Of a DNA stretch of 64,000 nucleotides, positions 11,045-22,415 are shown in pieces. Numbering within the stretch: position 1 is the stretch's first letter; every line of letters starts with the position of its first letter. The notes beneath the pieces were generated by a model, which was not told the origin of the DNA, did no database searches, and worked only from the letters and a program-made list of their open reading frames with translations. Origin of the DNA: an uncultured Gemmatimonadales bacterium (GTDB lineage: Bacteria; Gemmatimonadota; Gemmatimonadetes; Gemmatimonadales; JACORV01); the NCBI GenBank assembly GCA_963718005.1, contig CAVQXV010000007.1:1157-65156 (forward strand). Direction: 5' to 3'. Both the position numbers and the translations under genes were made by a program.

Positions 11045-11212
11045 GTCTTTGGCGATGACGAACTCCCTACAAGTCGAGCGCGGAAGTTAGCGTTGACTCG
11101 GCCCGTTCGCCGAGCGGATATTGGGCGCAGGCGCCTGCCCGCACGGGTTTGCGCACGTCCGCGACCGTCCGGTCCCGATGACGGCGCCTGTTCATCCATC
11201 TTTGGGAGCGTG

Positions 11213-11563
11213 GGCATCACCTTCGTCGAAGGGGCGGTCCGTGGACCGCAGGGCGCCGAGGAGCGGGTCCGCTTCCTCATTGACAGCGGGGCGATGTACT
11301 CGCTCCTGCCCGACCGCGTGTGGAAGGCCATCGGCCTCAAGCCCACCCGAATTGAGGAGTTCCACCTCGCAGACGGCACCGCCGTGCGCCTGCCCGTTTC
11401 GGAGTGCGTCATCTCGCTCCCACAGGGAGAACACCATTCGCCGGTGATACTGGGTGATCCGGGCGACGTCCAGCCGCTGCTGGGCGTCGTGACTCTCGAG
11501 GTACTTGGCCTGGTGTTCGACCCCTTCCACCAGACCCTTCACCAGATGCACCTGAGGCTCTGA
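11213..11563 (+). CDS. retropepsin-like (clan AA) aspartyl protease family protein
   Basis: ORF 11093-11563 contains RFLIDSGAMYSLLP (the DSGA catalytic motif) and GVVTLEVLGLVFDP. The GTG at 11213 (VGITFVEG) is the most plausible start. Confidence 0.6.
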   Translation, partial: GITFVEGAVRGPQGAEERVRFLIDSGAMYSLLPDRVWKAIGLKPTRIEEFHLADGTAVRLPVSECVISLPQGEHHSPVILGDPGDVQPLLGVVTLEVLGLVFDPFHQTLHQMHLRL

Positions 11564-11569
11564 GGCCTC

Positions 11570-12898
11570 TCAGCCGGCGTCGCGGGCTTTCTTTTTGAGC
11601 CCCTCCCACCACTCGATGCGCTTGGCGACGTCCTTCTCGAAGCCGAACTGCGTCGGCTCGTAGAACTTCGTGCCCGCGAGCGCCGGCGGCAGGTACTCCT
11701 GCGGCGTGTAGGCCTCGGGCACGGCGTGCGCGTACTCGTAGCCGGCGCCGTAGCCCAGCTCCTTCATCAGCTTGGTGGGCGCGTTCCGGATGTGGAGCGG
11801 CACGCCCTCGGCCGGATGCTCGCGCGCGGCGGCCAGCGCCCTGCCCCACGCCTCGTACACGCGGTTGCTCTTGGGCGCGGTGGCGACGTAGACCACGGCC
11901 TCGGCCAGGGCCAGCTCGCCCTCGGGCTGGCCGAGGAAGTGGAGCGTGTCCTTGGCGGCCAGGGCGACGGTGAGGGCGCGCGGGTCGGCGAGGCCGATGT
12001 CCTCGCTCGCGGCGCGCACCACGCGGCGCGCGATGTAGAGCGGGTCCTCGCCGCCGTCGATCATGCGCGCGAGCCAGTACAGCGCGCCGTCGGGGTCGGA
12101 GCCGCGCATCGCCTTGTGCAGCGCGCTGATGAGGTTGTAGTGCTCCTCGCCGCCCTTGTCGTACTTGGCGAACCGGCGCTGCAGCGCGTCGGCCACCCCC
12201 TGCAGCGTCAGGCGCCCGCCCGCCCCCGCGTACTCGGCCGCCGCCTCGAGCGCCTGCAGCGCGCGGCGGGCGTCGCCGTCGGCTTCGCGGGCCAGCAGCG
12301 CGAGCGCGTCGTCGTCGAGCGCGACGTGGAGCTTGCCGAGGCCGCGCACCTCGTCGGCGAGCGCGCGGCGGATCAGCGTCTTGACGTGCTCCTCGGTCAG
12401 CGGCTCGAGGACGAACACGCGGGTGCGCGAGAGCAGCGCGCCCGTGATCTCGAAGCTCGGGTTCTCGGTCGTGGCGCCGATCAGCGCGATGGTGCCGCGC
12501 TCGACGTGCGGCAGGAACGCGTCCTGCTGCGCCTTGTTGAAGCGGTGGATCTCGTCGCAGAAGAGGATGGTGCGGCGAGCGTACTGCGCCAGCCGCTCCT
12601 CGGCCTCGTGGATCACCTCGCGCACCCGCGGCACGCCCTCGGTCACGGCGCTGAAGGGCACGAACTCGCGGTCGGTGTACTGCGCGAGCAGCAGGGCGAG
12701 CGTGGTCTTCCCGGAGCCGGGCGGGCCCCAGAAAATCATCGAGCCCACCTCGCCGCGCTTGATCAGCTCGCCCAGGGCCTTGCCCGGGCCCAGGAGCTGC
12801 TCCTGGCCGAGGAACTCCTCGAGCGTGGCCGGCCGCATGCGCGCCGCGAGCGGCTGCGCCGTGGCGGGCGGGGCGAACAGCGAGGGCTGCTTAGCCAT
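11570..12898 (-). CDS. rarA: replication-associated recombination protein A (AAA ATPase RarA/MgsA)
   Basis: Reading from the ATG at 12898: MAKQPSLFAPP ... PLAARMRPATLEEFLGQEQLLGPGKALGELI ... [17 protein letters not shown] ... ILFCDEIHRFNKAQQDAFLPHVE ... EHYNLISALHKAMRGSDPDGALYW. The gene is intact. Confidence 0.9.
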   Translation of the reverse strand: MAKQPSLFAPPATAQPLAARMRPATLEEFLGQEQLLGPGKALGELIKRGEVGSMIFWGPPGSGKTTLALLLAQYTDREFVPFSAVTEGVPRVREVIHEAEERLAQYARRTILFCDEIHRFNKAQQDAFLPHVERGTIALIGATTENPSFEITGALLSRTRVFVLEPLTEEHVKTLIRRALADEVRGLGKLHVALDDDALALLAREADGDARRALQALEAAAEYAGAGGRLTLQGVADALQRRFAKYDKGGEEHYNLISALHKAMRGSDPDGALYWLARMIDGGEDPLYIARRVVRAASEDIGLADPRALTVALAAKDTLHFLGQPEGELALAEAVVYVATAPKSNRVYEAWGRALAAAREHPAEGVPLHIRNAPTKLMKELGYGAGYEYAHAVPEAYTPQEYLPPALAGTKFYEPTQFGFEKDVAKRIEWWEGLKKKARDAG

Positions 12899-13322
12899 TG
12901 GCCGGCAGCACGGTGAGCCCTTCAAACCTCGCCGCGTGGGCGAGCTGCTTGTCGAAAGTGACCATCTCCACGCCGGCGCGGCGCGCTCCCGCCCAATCCA
13001 GGGCGGCCGCGAGTTGGAGCGCATCACCCGCACCAAGGACGTAGTGCCGCAGCGCGCGCTCCGCCTCGAGCCGGACCTCGGCGCTGGGCTGGACCTCGAC
13101 CCACTCGGCCGCCAGCGAGTTCAGCCGCTCCGTCGCTTGCAGTTCGCCCGCCTCATCGAGTTCGCCAGCCCTCCGGCGGCGGCGCAACCCCGAGACGCAC
13201 TCGATCCTCGTGGCCCACCACACGGCGATCTCGGGGTCCTCGCGCAGGAGCGGCAAGGCCCGCTCGAAGTGCCGGTCGTGCGCGCTGACCGCCACGAGCG
13301 CCGACGAATCCCAGAATCTCAA
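12891..13322 (-). CDS. vapC: type II toxin, PIN-domain ribonuclease VapC
   Basis: The TTG start at 13322 overlaps the antitoxin stop (TTGA). The protein reads LRFWDSSALVAV ... and ends ALQLAAALDW ... VTFDKQLAHAARFEGLTVL, the typical PIN layout. Its stop overlaps the rarA start by 8 nt. Confidence 0.7.
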   Translation of the reverse strand: MRFWDSSALVAVSAHDRHFERALPLLREDPEIAVWWATRIECVSGLRRRRRAGELDEAGELQATERLNSLAAEWVEVQPSAEVRLEAERALRHYVLGAGDALQLAAALDWAGARRAGVEMVTFDKQLAHAARFEGLTVLPANG

Positions 13323-13621
13323 CGCCGCTCCTCGCGCTCCTCGATGACAGCGCTCACCAGCAGGCCCTCGGGCACGTCGGGGACCGGCAGGTCCCAGAAC
13401 CGATCCGGCACGTGGCCGGCGCCGCGCACGATGACGCGACCGTCCCGCTCCAGATCGCGCACGCGATCCCAAGCCGCCCCCTCCCGCGCTCCCGAAATCA
13501 GCGGGACGATCTTGGCGATCGGAGTCCCACGCTCGGTGACGAGGACCTCCTCACCGCGCTTGACGCGCGCGAGGTACTTGCTGAGCCCGGCCTTCAGCTC
13601 GGACACCTTGGCGGCCTTCAT
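13319..13621 (-). CDS. type II antitoxin, Phd/YefM (prevent-host-death) family
   Basis: MKAAKVSELKAGLSKYLARVKRGEEVLVTERGTPIAKIVP is the classic Phd/YefM N-terminus. The 100-aa ORF lies immediately upstream of the PIN gene. Confidence 0.75.
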   Translation of the reverse strand: MKAAKVSELKAGLSKYLARVKRGEEVLVTERGTPIAKIVPLISGAREGAAWDRVRDLERDGRVIVRGAGHVPDRFWDLPVPDVPEGLLVSAVIEEREERR

Positions 13622-13665
13622 GTGACCTCATAGGTCAGATGCATGTGACTAATATAGTCCGATGG
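13622..13665 (-). promoter_or_regulatory. candidate promoter/operator of the phd-vapC-rarA unit
   Basis: This is the only A/T-rich patch in the area. On the minus strand it reads GGACTATATTAGTCACATGCATCTGACCTATGAGGTCACATG, with a TATATT -10-like hexamer. The perfect inverted repeat TGACCT-N3-AGGTCA abuts the start codon, as expected for antitoxin autoregulation. Confidence 0.45.
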
Positions 13666-13982
13666 CGCGGCCGCGGGTAGCGTGGGCCGATGCCCGTTGG
13701 CCCGAGCCGGTCGGTCCGGCCAGCTACAGCTGCCGCCCTCGGCGGTGCCGCTCGGTCCGGCCAGCCCGACCGTCGCCTTTCGGCGCGCCGCCACGAGCGA
13801 GGGGGATGCCCCTCCCGCCCGGGAGCGGATTCGCACCGGCCGCCAGACGCGTCGCGCCACAGGCGCTGCGGGGCCCGATCCCGCGCCGCCGGCCGGCCGA
13901 GGCCCGCCAATGGCCCGATCGGCCCGCCTGGAGGCCGCCGGCGCGTCCAGATCGGTGATGGGCCGGTGATGGCTGCGTCGCA

Positions 13983-13998
13983 AGTTCGTATGCGAAGT
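13983..13998. promoter_or_regulatory. 16-bp near-palindrome AGTTCGTATGCGAAGT (copy 1 of 3)
   Basis: Same 16-mer family as 14084-14099 and 24860-24875. It lies in the non-coding stretch upstream of the MarR gene. Confidence 0.4.
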
Positions 13999-14083
13999 CG
14001 CGGGCGCAACGAAGGAGCCAGGATATGGCGGACGGGGCCGCGACGTGACCGGAGGCATCATGCCGGGCCGAGAGGCACCGCCG

Positions 14084-14099
14084 AGTTCGCATACGAAGT
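14084..14099. promoter_or_regulatory. 16-bp near-palindrome AGTTCGCATACGAAGT (copy 2 of 3)
   Basis: It lies 101 bp downstream of copy 1 and just upstream of the plausible GTG start (14110) of the MarR gene. Confidence 0.4.
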
Positions 14100-14109
14100 C
14101 GGTCCGGAG

Positions 14110-14612
14110 CGTGGAACGCCGCTATACGGGCTGGCACGGCGTGCTGACGGCCGCCCTGGCCCTCTCGCACGTGCTCGAGAGGGAGATGGACCAGGCCCTC
14201 GCGATCGTGCCCCTGAGCGCCGCCGGCTTCGTCGTCCTGCTCGCCATCGAGAGGGACGCCCCTCCCACGCAGGAGGCGCTCGCCCGCCGCCTCTCGCTGG
14301 GGGCCGGCACGGTGAGCGAGCTGCTCCGGCGCCTGGAGCGGAGCGGCCTGGTGCGCCGCAACCCCGCGCGCCTCACCGAGAGCGGAGCGATCGTGCTGGC
14401 CGAAGCCGAAGGCATCGCGGTGCGGGTGGAGCGCGCATGGGCGCGGCGGCTCGCCGCGGCGGCCGGCGACCCCGACTCGCGGGGTCGCGCGTGCGGCCTG
14501 AAGCGCTGGCTGACGGAGTCCCACGCGGCCATCACCGGCCTGTCCAAGCCCCGAGCGGCCCTCGCCCGAGCGGCCATCGCCGGCGGGCGCGGGCGAGCCG
14601 GCCGGCCGCTAG
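14110..14612 (+). CDS. MarR family transcriptional regulator (3' end uncertain)
   Basis: ORF 14045-15898 begins with a winged-helix MarR core: LSAAGFVVLLAIERDAPPTQEALARRLSLGAGTVSELLRRLERSGLVRRNP. That frame has no stop for 1.3 kb and runs antisense through the ZIP and cca genes. The real end is probably near 14560-14612, where a TAG at 14610 becomes in-frame after a 1-nt shift. Confidence 0.55.
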
Positions 14613-15338
14613 GCCAGGAACCGGGCGAGCAGCAGCTCGGCGCCGACGAACGAGCCGGCGCCCGCGAAGAAGGCGAGCGGCAGCCCCCAGCCGTGCTTGC
14701 CCTGGAACTCGGGCACGAGGTTGGACGCGCCGACGTACAGCGTGACGCCGGCCGAGAGCGCGAGGCCGTGGCGCACCAGCACGGTGGTCTGTTCGGTGAG
14801 GAGCACGCCGAGGATCGTGGCGGCGCCGAGCGCGGCCGCGGCGAGCACGGCCCGGCGCGGCGTCTCGCCGGCGGCGAGCACCAGGCTCGAGACCGTGACG
14901 CCCTCGGGCAGCTTGTGCAGGAAGATGGCGAGGAAGAACAGCAGGCCCAGCGACGGGCTCACCAGGAAGCCCGACGCGATGGCCACGCCGTCGAAGAACG
15001 TGTGCAGCAGCAGGCCGACGATGCCCGACAGGCTCGCCGCGTGGCTGACGTGGTGCGTCTCCTGCCCGAAGTGGAAGTGCGGCGTGACGGTGTGCTGGGT
15101 CAGGTGCACGAGCAGGTAGCCCAGCAGCACGACCGGCGCGGCCGCCACCGGGTCCTTGGCCAGGGCCTCGGGCATGACGCCCACGAGCGCCAGCGCGATC
15201 ATGAAGCCGGCGGCGTAGGCGAACAGCAGCTCGATGACCCGCAGGCCGAGCTTCGCGCTGCGCGTGACGGCCCAGGCGCCCATCACGTTGGCGAACGGCG
15301 GCCACCACGCCGAAACCCAGGGCCGGCAGGCCGGTCAT
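14609..15338 (-). CDS. ZIP family metal (Zn/Fe) transporter, one frameshift near 15290
   Basis: ORF 14609-15286 carries ZIP signatures: HFHFGQETHHVSH, LLHTFFDGVAIASGF and LAIFLHKLPEGVTVSS. The first TM segment (MTGLPALGFGVVAAV) lies in another frame and starts at the ATG at 15338, which overlaps the cca stop (ATGA). Confidence 0.75.
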
Positions 15339-16571
15339 CGCAGCTCCCGCGCCCGCGCCAGCAGGTGCTCGCGCGTGTTCCGCCACGGCTCGTCCAGCAC
15401 CTCGTCCAGGAGCTTGCGGAGGATCTCGCCCATCGCCTTCCCCGGCGGCACGCCGGCCTCGGCGAGGTCGGTGCCGCAGACCGCCAGCTCGCGCACCGTC
15501 AGCGCGTCGCTCGACGCTTCGATGTCCTTGACCGCGGCCAGCAGGTCGGCGCGGCGCGAGCGCGGCTCGGCCACGGCGAGGATCTCCCGCGCGTGACCGC
15601 GGTGCTGCGCCAGCCAGTGGCGCACCTCGCGCGAGACGCCCGGCGCCGGCAGCGGCACCCGGAGGCCGGCCACCACCGCGCGCACCATGGCCGCCGCGTC
15701 GTTGGAGAAACGCAGCCGTCGCACCGCGGCCTCCGCCGCGTCCTCGCTCGCGCCCGCGTGCCACAGCGCCGCGGCGGTGAGCAGCACGGGGTCGGCCGCG
15801 TGCTCCACGGCGTCGAGGCGGCCCGGCACGTCGGCGCCCAGGTCCGCCATCTCGGGCCAGACGCCGCGCCAGCGCGCCGCACGCCCGCCACAGCTTGAGG
15901 CCCGCCGAGGGCGCGCGCGCCTCCAGCATCTTGAGCCACTCGTCGCGCACCCGCTCGCGCGAGAGGTGGTCCAATTCCGGCACCGCCTCGCACAGCGCCG
16001 TCCAGGTCGCGGGCTCGATGGTGAAGCCGAACACGGCGGCGAACCGCAGCGCCCGCAGCACGCGCAGCCGGTCCTCGCGGAAGCGGAGCGCGGGATCGCC
16101 CACCGCCTTCACCACGCCCGCCGCGACGTCGGCGCGCCCGCCGAACGGGTCGCGGATCTCGCCGGTCTCGGGGTGCACGGCCACGGCGTTGATGGTGAAG
16201 TCGCGCCGCGCCAGGTCGTCGTCGAGCGAGACGCCGAACGCCACCTTGGCGTGGCGGCCGTCGGTCTCCACGTCGCGCCGGAAGGTGGTGACCTCGTGGC
16301 TCCCGCCGTCGCCGTCGAGCACCGCGACGGTGCCGTGCTCGATGCCGATGGGCACCGTGCGCCGGAACAGCGCGCGCACCGCCTCGGGCGGCGCCGAGGT
16401 GGCGATGTCGAAGTCGCCCACGCGCCAGGCCGGCCCCCCGCCGCGCGCCTCGAACAGCGCGTCGCGCACGGCCCCGCCCACGTACCACGCCTCGTGCCCC
16501 GCTTCGCGCAGCCGCTTGGCGATCAGCGCGACGGCGGCCGGGATGCGCTCCAGCGGAAACCGGTCAGCCAC
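15335..16571 (-). CDS. cca: CCA-adding tRNA nucleotidyltransferase / poly(A) polymerase family protein, one frameshift near 15860
   Basis: Reading from the GTG at 16571: VADRFPLERIPAAVALIAKRLREAGHEAWYVGGAVRDAL ... DFDIAT ... RRDVETDGRHA ... RRDFTINAVA ... RFREDRLRVLRALRFAA. The C-terminal part lies in ORF 15335-15850. Confidence 0.8.
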
Positions 16572-17244
16572 AGAGCACGCTGCCGCCGTTGACGTTGAGG
16601 ATCTCGCCGGTGATGTGCCGCGCCAGGCTCGAGCAGAGGAACACGATGGGCCCCGCCACGTCCTCGGCGGACGCCACGCGGCCCAGCGGGATCGTGGCCT
16701 CGATCGCCGCGCGCCCGCCGCCCGCGTAGGGCCGCGCCGCCATCTCGGTGTCGGTCCAGCCGGGCGCCACGCAGTTGACCCGCACGCGCGGCGCCAGCTC
16801 GACGGCCAGGCTCTTGGTGAGCGCGACCACGGCGCCCTTGCTGGCCGCGTAGTCGGCGTGGAACGCTTCGCCGCGCTGCGCCGCGGTCGAGGCCACCAGC
16901 ACGATCGAGCCGCCCTCGGCCATGCGCGGGCCGAGGACCTGCACCACGTGGAAGACCGCGTCGAGGTTCTGCGCGAGCGTGGAGCGCCACTGCGCCGGCT
17001 GCATCCGCTCGAGCGCGACGCCCTCCGCCTCCCACACACCGTGATTGACGACCAGGATGTCGAGCGGGCCCTCGAAGGCGCGGCCGAGGGCCTCGGCGCC
17101 CGCGCGCTCGGCCAGGTCGCCGTGCGTGCCGCGGCCCACCGCCAGCACCTCGGCGCCCGCCGCGCGCAGCAGGTCGGCGGTGGCCTTGCCGATGCCCCGC
17201 GTGCCGCCGGTGACGAGCGCGCGCCTGCCGCCGAGGGAGATCAA
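16564..17244 (-). CDS. SDR family oxidoreductase (FabG-like)
   Basis: Intact 226-aa ORF with ALVTGGTRGIGKA (TGxxxGxG), NHGV, and YAASKGAV (YxxxK). Confidence 0.8.
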   Translation of the reverse strand: MISLGGRRALVTGGTRGIGKATADLLRAAGAEVLAVGRGTHGDLAERAGAEALGRAFEGPLDILVVNHGVWEAEGVALERMQPAQWRSTLAQNLDAVFHVVQVLGPRMAEGGSIVLVASTAAQRGEAFHADYAASKGAVVALTKSLAVELAPRVRVNCVAPGWTDTEMAARPYAGGGRAAIEATIPLGRVASAEDVAGPIVFLCSSLARHITGEILNVNGGSVLCG

Positions 17245-17813
17245 GCGGCCGGCAGGCCGGGTTCCACCTGCGAGCAGACGTAGTGGTCCACGGCGAGCTG
17301 GACCTCCTGCGCCGTGGCCGTGTCGTCGGTCGGCACCACGACCGCGACGTCCACCAGCGCGGCCAGCGGGCCGCCGCCCGAGGCCAGGAGCCCCACGGTC
17401 TTCATGCCCGCCGCCTTCGCCGCCGCGGCCGCCTTCACCAGGTTGGGCGAGCGGCCCGAGGTGGAGATCATCACCAGCACGTCGCCCGGCCGCCCGTGCG
17501 CCTCCACCTGGCGCGCGAAGATCTGCTCGAAGCCGAGGTCGTTGGCGGCCGCCGTCAGCAGCGAGCTGTCGGTCGAGAGCGCGAGCGCGGCCGCGGCGCG
17601 GCGCTTCACCGGCCGGTAGCGCACCACGTACTCGGTGGCGACGTGCTGCGCGTGCGCGGCGCTGCCGCCGTTGCCGGCGAAGAACAGCGTGTGCCCGGCC
17701 GCGAGCGCCTGCTCGACCAGCGCCACGTAGCGCGCCACCGGCTCCGCCAGCTCGGTGGCCGCGCGGCCCGCCACCCGCGCCAGCGCCTCGAGATGCCCGA
17801 CCGGAACGCTCAC
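17241..17813 (-). CDS. gmhA: SIS-domain protein, phosphoheptose isomerase (GmhA)/DiaA-like
   Basis: The GTG at 17813 overlaps the upstream stop (GTGA). The protein contains LFFAGNGGSAAHAQHVATE and DVLVMISTSGRSPNLVKAAAAAKAAGMKTVGL. Confidence 0.65.
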   Translation of the reverse strand: MSVPVGHLEALARVAGRAATELAEPVARYVALVEQALAAGHTLFFAGNGGSAAHAQHVATEYVVRYRPVKRRAAAALALSTDSSLLTAAANDLGFEQIFARQVEAHGRPGDVLVMISTSGRSPNLVKAAAAAKAAGMKTVGLLASGGGPLAALVDVAVVVPTDDTATAQEVQLAVDHYVCSQVEPGLPAA

Positions 17814-18571
17814 GCCTCGCCTCCCCCGACCAGGAAGTCCTTGAACTTGGTGTACAGCGAGCGGCGGAACCGGAACGGCGGCACCGGCCGCACCGGCGCG
17901 TCGTCCAGGATGGCGCGCGGGTTGTCGATCGCCAGCAGCTCCGCCTGCGCGCCGCCGCCGTGCGACTCCAGCCACTCGAACGCGGTCCGCACGGAGCGCG
18001 TGTCGCCGTGGTTGTCGCTGGCCACGATCGAGGCGCAGCCCGCCTCGAGCAGCGCGCGCGCCCGCCCCGCGCGGCGCGAGTCGGCCAGCAGCGTCGTGGC
18101 GTCGAGCTGCAGCACCACGCCGGCGCGCTGCCAGCGGCGGCCCAGGTCGGGCGAGCACACGGCGTAGCGCTCCGGGTGCGCGAGCAGCGGCACCAGGCCC
18201 TGCGCCACGATGCGCCCGAGGATCTCGACGCTCGCGTCGGCCGGCACCAGGCGGTTGAACTCGACCAGCACGTAGCGCGTGCCCGCCAGGCAGCAGCAGC
18301 GGTCGGCGAACACGGGATCGGGCACGTCGAGCATCACCTCGAAGCCGCGCGCGAGCACGGGCTTGGGCGGCGCCGCGTCCACCAGGTCGCCCAGCAGCGA
18401 GTCCATGTCGTCGCACGGCGCGAACTCGAGCGCGCTCGCCCGGAGGTGCGGCGTGCAGCACACCGCCTCGACGCCCTGCGCGGCGAAGTGCTGCAGCACT
18501 TCGACCGACTGCTCGATGGTGTGGGCGCCGTCGTCCACGCCCGGGATGAGGTGCGTGTGGAGATCGATCAT
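17810..18571 (-). CDS. PHP-domain tyrosine-protein phosphatase (CpsB/YwqE-like)
   Basis: Reading from the ATG at 18571: MIDLHTHLIPGVDDGAHTIEQSVEVL ... TPHL ... LLAHPERY ... ASDNHG. The 253-aa ORF is intact. Confidence 0.8.
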   Translation of the reverse strand: MIDLHTHLIPGVDDGAHTIEQSVEVLQHFAAQGVEAVCCTPHLRASALEFAPCDDMDSLLGDLVDAAPPKPVLARGFEVMLDVPDPVFADRCCCLAGTRYVLVEFNRLVPADASVEILGRIVAQGLVPLLAHPERYAVCSPDLGRRWQRAGVVLQLDATTLLADSRRAGRARALLEAGCASIVASDNHGDTRSVRTAFEWLESHGGGAQAELLAIDNPRAILDDAPVRPVPPFRFRRSLYTKFKDFLVGGGEA

Positions 18572-18601
18572 CGCCGCTCCCACCCGGCCGGCGTCGGGCC
18601 G

Positions 18602-19331
18602 GTCATCGCGCCGCCGCCGCCAGCTCGCGGACCCGGCCGGCGCCGCCGCGCTCGATCGCGCTCCCCACCACGACGAAGTCGGCCCCGGCCCGGCGCGCGT
18701 CGCACACCTCGGCCGCCGTCTTGAGGCCGCCGCCCACCAGCAGCGGCAAGCGCGACGGCGCGCCGCACCTCGCGGATCACGTCCGGCGAGACCGGCCGCG
18801 CGGCGCCGCTGCCCGCGTCGAGGTAGACCGCCGCCATCCCGATCATCGCGCCCGCCACCGCGTGCGCCGCCGCGATCTCCGGCTTGTCGGCCGGCAGCGG
18901 CCGGGTCTGGCTCACCGCCTCCACCGCCGTCACGCGCCCGCCGTCCACCAGGATGTACGCCGTCGAGATCGACCGGCACCGGGTGCTGGCGGAAGAAGGG
19001 CACCGCCCGCACGTGCTCCTCGATGAGGTACTGCGGGTTGCGCCCGGAGACCAGCGAGAGGAACAACACCGCGTCCACCTCGGCCACCAGCTGCGCCGCC
19101 GAGCCCGGGAAGAGGAGCAGCGGCAGGCCCGCGCGCCCGCTTGATGGCCGCGGCCACCTCGCCGGTGCGCGCCGTGCCGTCGTACGAGGTCCCGATCAGC
19201 AGCGCGGCCACGCCGTCGGCCTCGGCGCCCGCGGCCAGGCGCGCGGCCTCCTCCGGCGTCGTGCGCTCGGGATCCACCAGCACGCACAGGCCCGGCGCGC
19301 GCGTCATCAGCCGGGTGAGGAACTCGTTCAC
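18602..19331 (-). CDS. pcrB: geranylgeranylglyceryl/heptaprenylglyceryl phosphate synthase family protein (PcrB/GGGPS), about three frameshifts
   Basis: Pieces lie in three frames: MNEFLTRLMTRAPGLCVLVDPERTTPEEAARLAAGAEADGVAALLIGTS; VDAVLFLSLVSGRNPQYLIEEHVRAVPFF; AYILVDGGRVTAVEAVSQTRPLP ... AMIGMAAVYLDAGSGAARPVSPDVIREVRRA; RLPLLVGGGLKTAAEVCDARRAGADFVVVGSAIE (my own translation of 18602-18750). Confidence 0.65.
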
Positions 19332-19645
19332 GCCGGCACCGCCACCAGCAGCCGGCGCACCAGGGCGCCGAGGTCCGCGCCCTCTTCCGCCGCCGCCTCG
19401 AAGGCGAAGGTCACGAACGCGTCCGCCGCCAGCAGGTCCATGGCCGCCGCCTCCGTGCTGTCCTGCCGCTCGACCGCGGTACGCAGCGTCGCGATGCCGA
19501 GCCGGCCGGCGACCTCGGCGAGCGAGTCACCCGCGAGCAGCGCGTCGGGCGCGGCGTCGAGGCAGTGGGAGAGTTTGGTGGCCAGCGCGGTGGGCGGCGT
19601 GGGCGCGCGGCCGCCGAGCCAGGCCCGGACCGCCTCGCGCGTCAC
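19328..19645 (-). CDS. hypothetical protein (105 aa)
   Basis: Intact ORF fitted exactly between alaS and pcrB, with an ATGA-type overlap at its 3' end. I recognise no motif in it. Confidence 0.45.
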   Translation of the reverse strand: MTREAVRAWLGGRAPTPPTALATKLSHCLDAAPDALLAGDSLAEVAGRLGIATLRTAVERQDSTEAAAMDLLAADAFVTFAFEAAAEEGADLGALVRRLLVAVPA

Positions 19646-19655
19646 AGGCAGGGTC

Positions 19656-22404
<2,749 letters not shown>

Positions 22405-22415
22405 TCACCACCTCG

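Noticed and set aside
14045-15898. A 617-aa MarR-containing ORF, as if it were a giant regulator.
   Set aside because: Only the first ~170 residues look like MarR. The remainder is shadow sequence running antisense through the ZIP and cca genes. The missing stop is probably another indel artefact.
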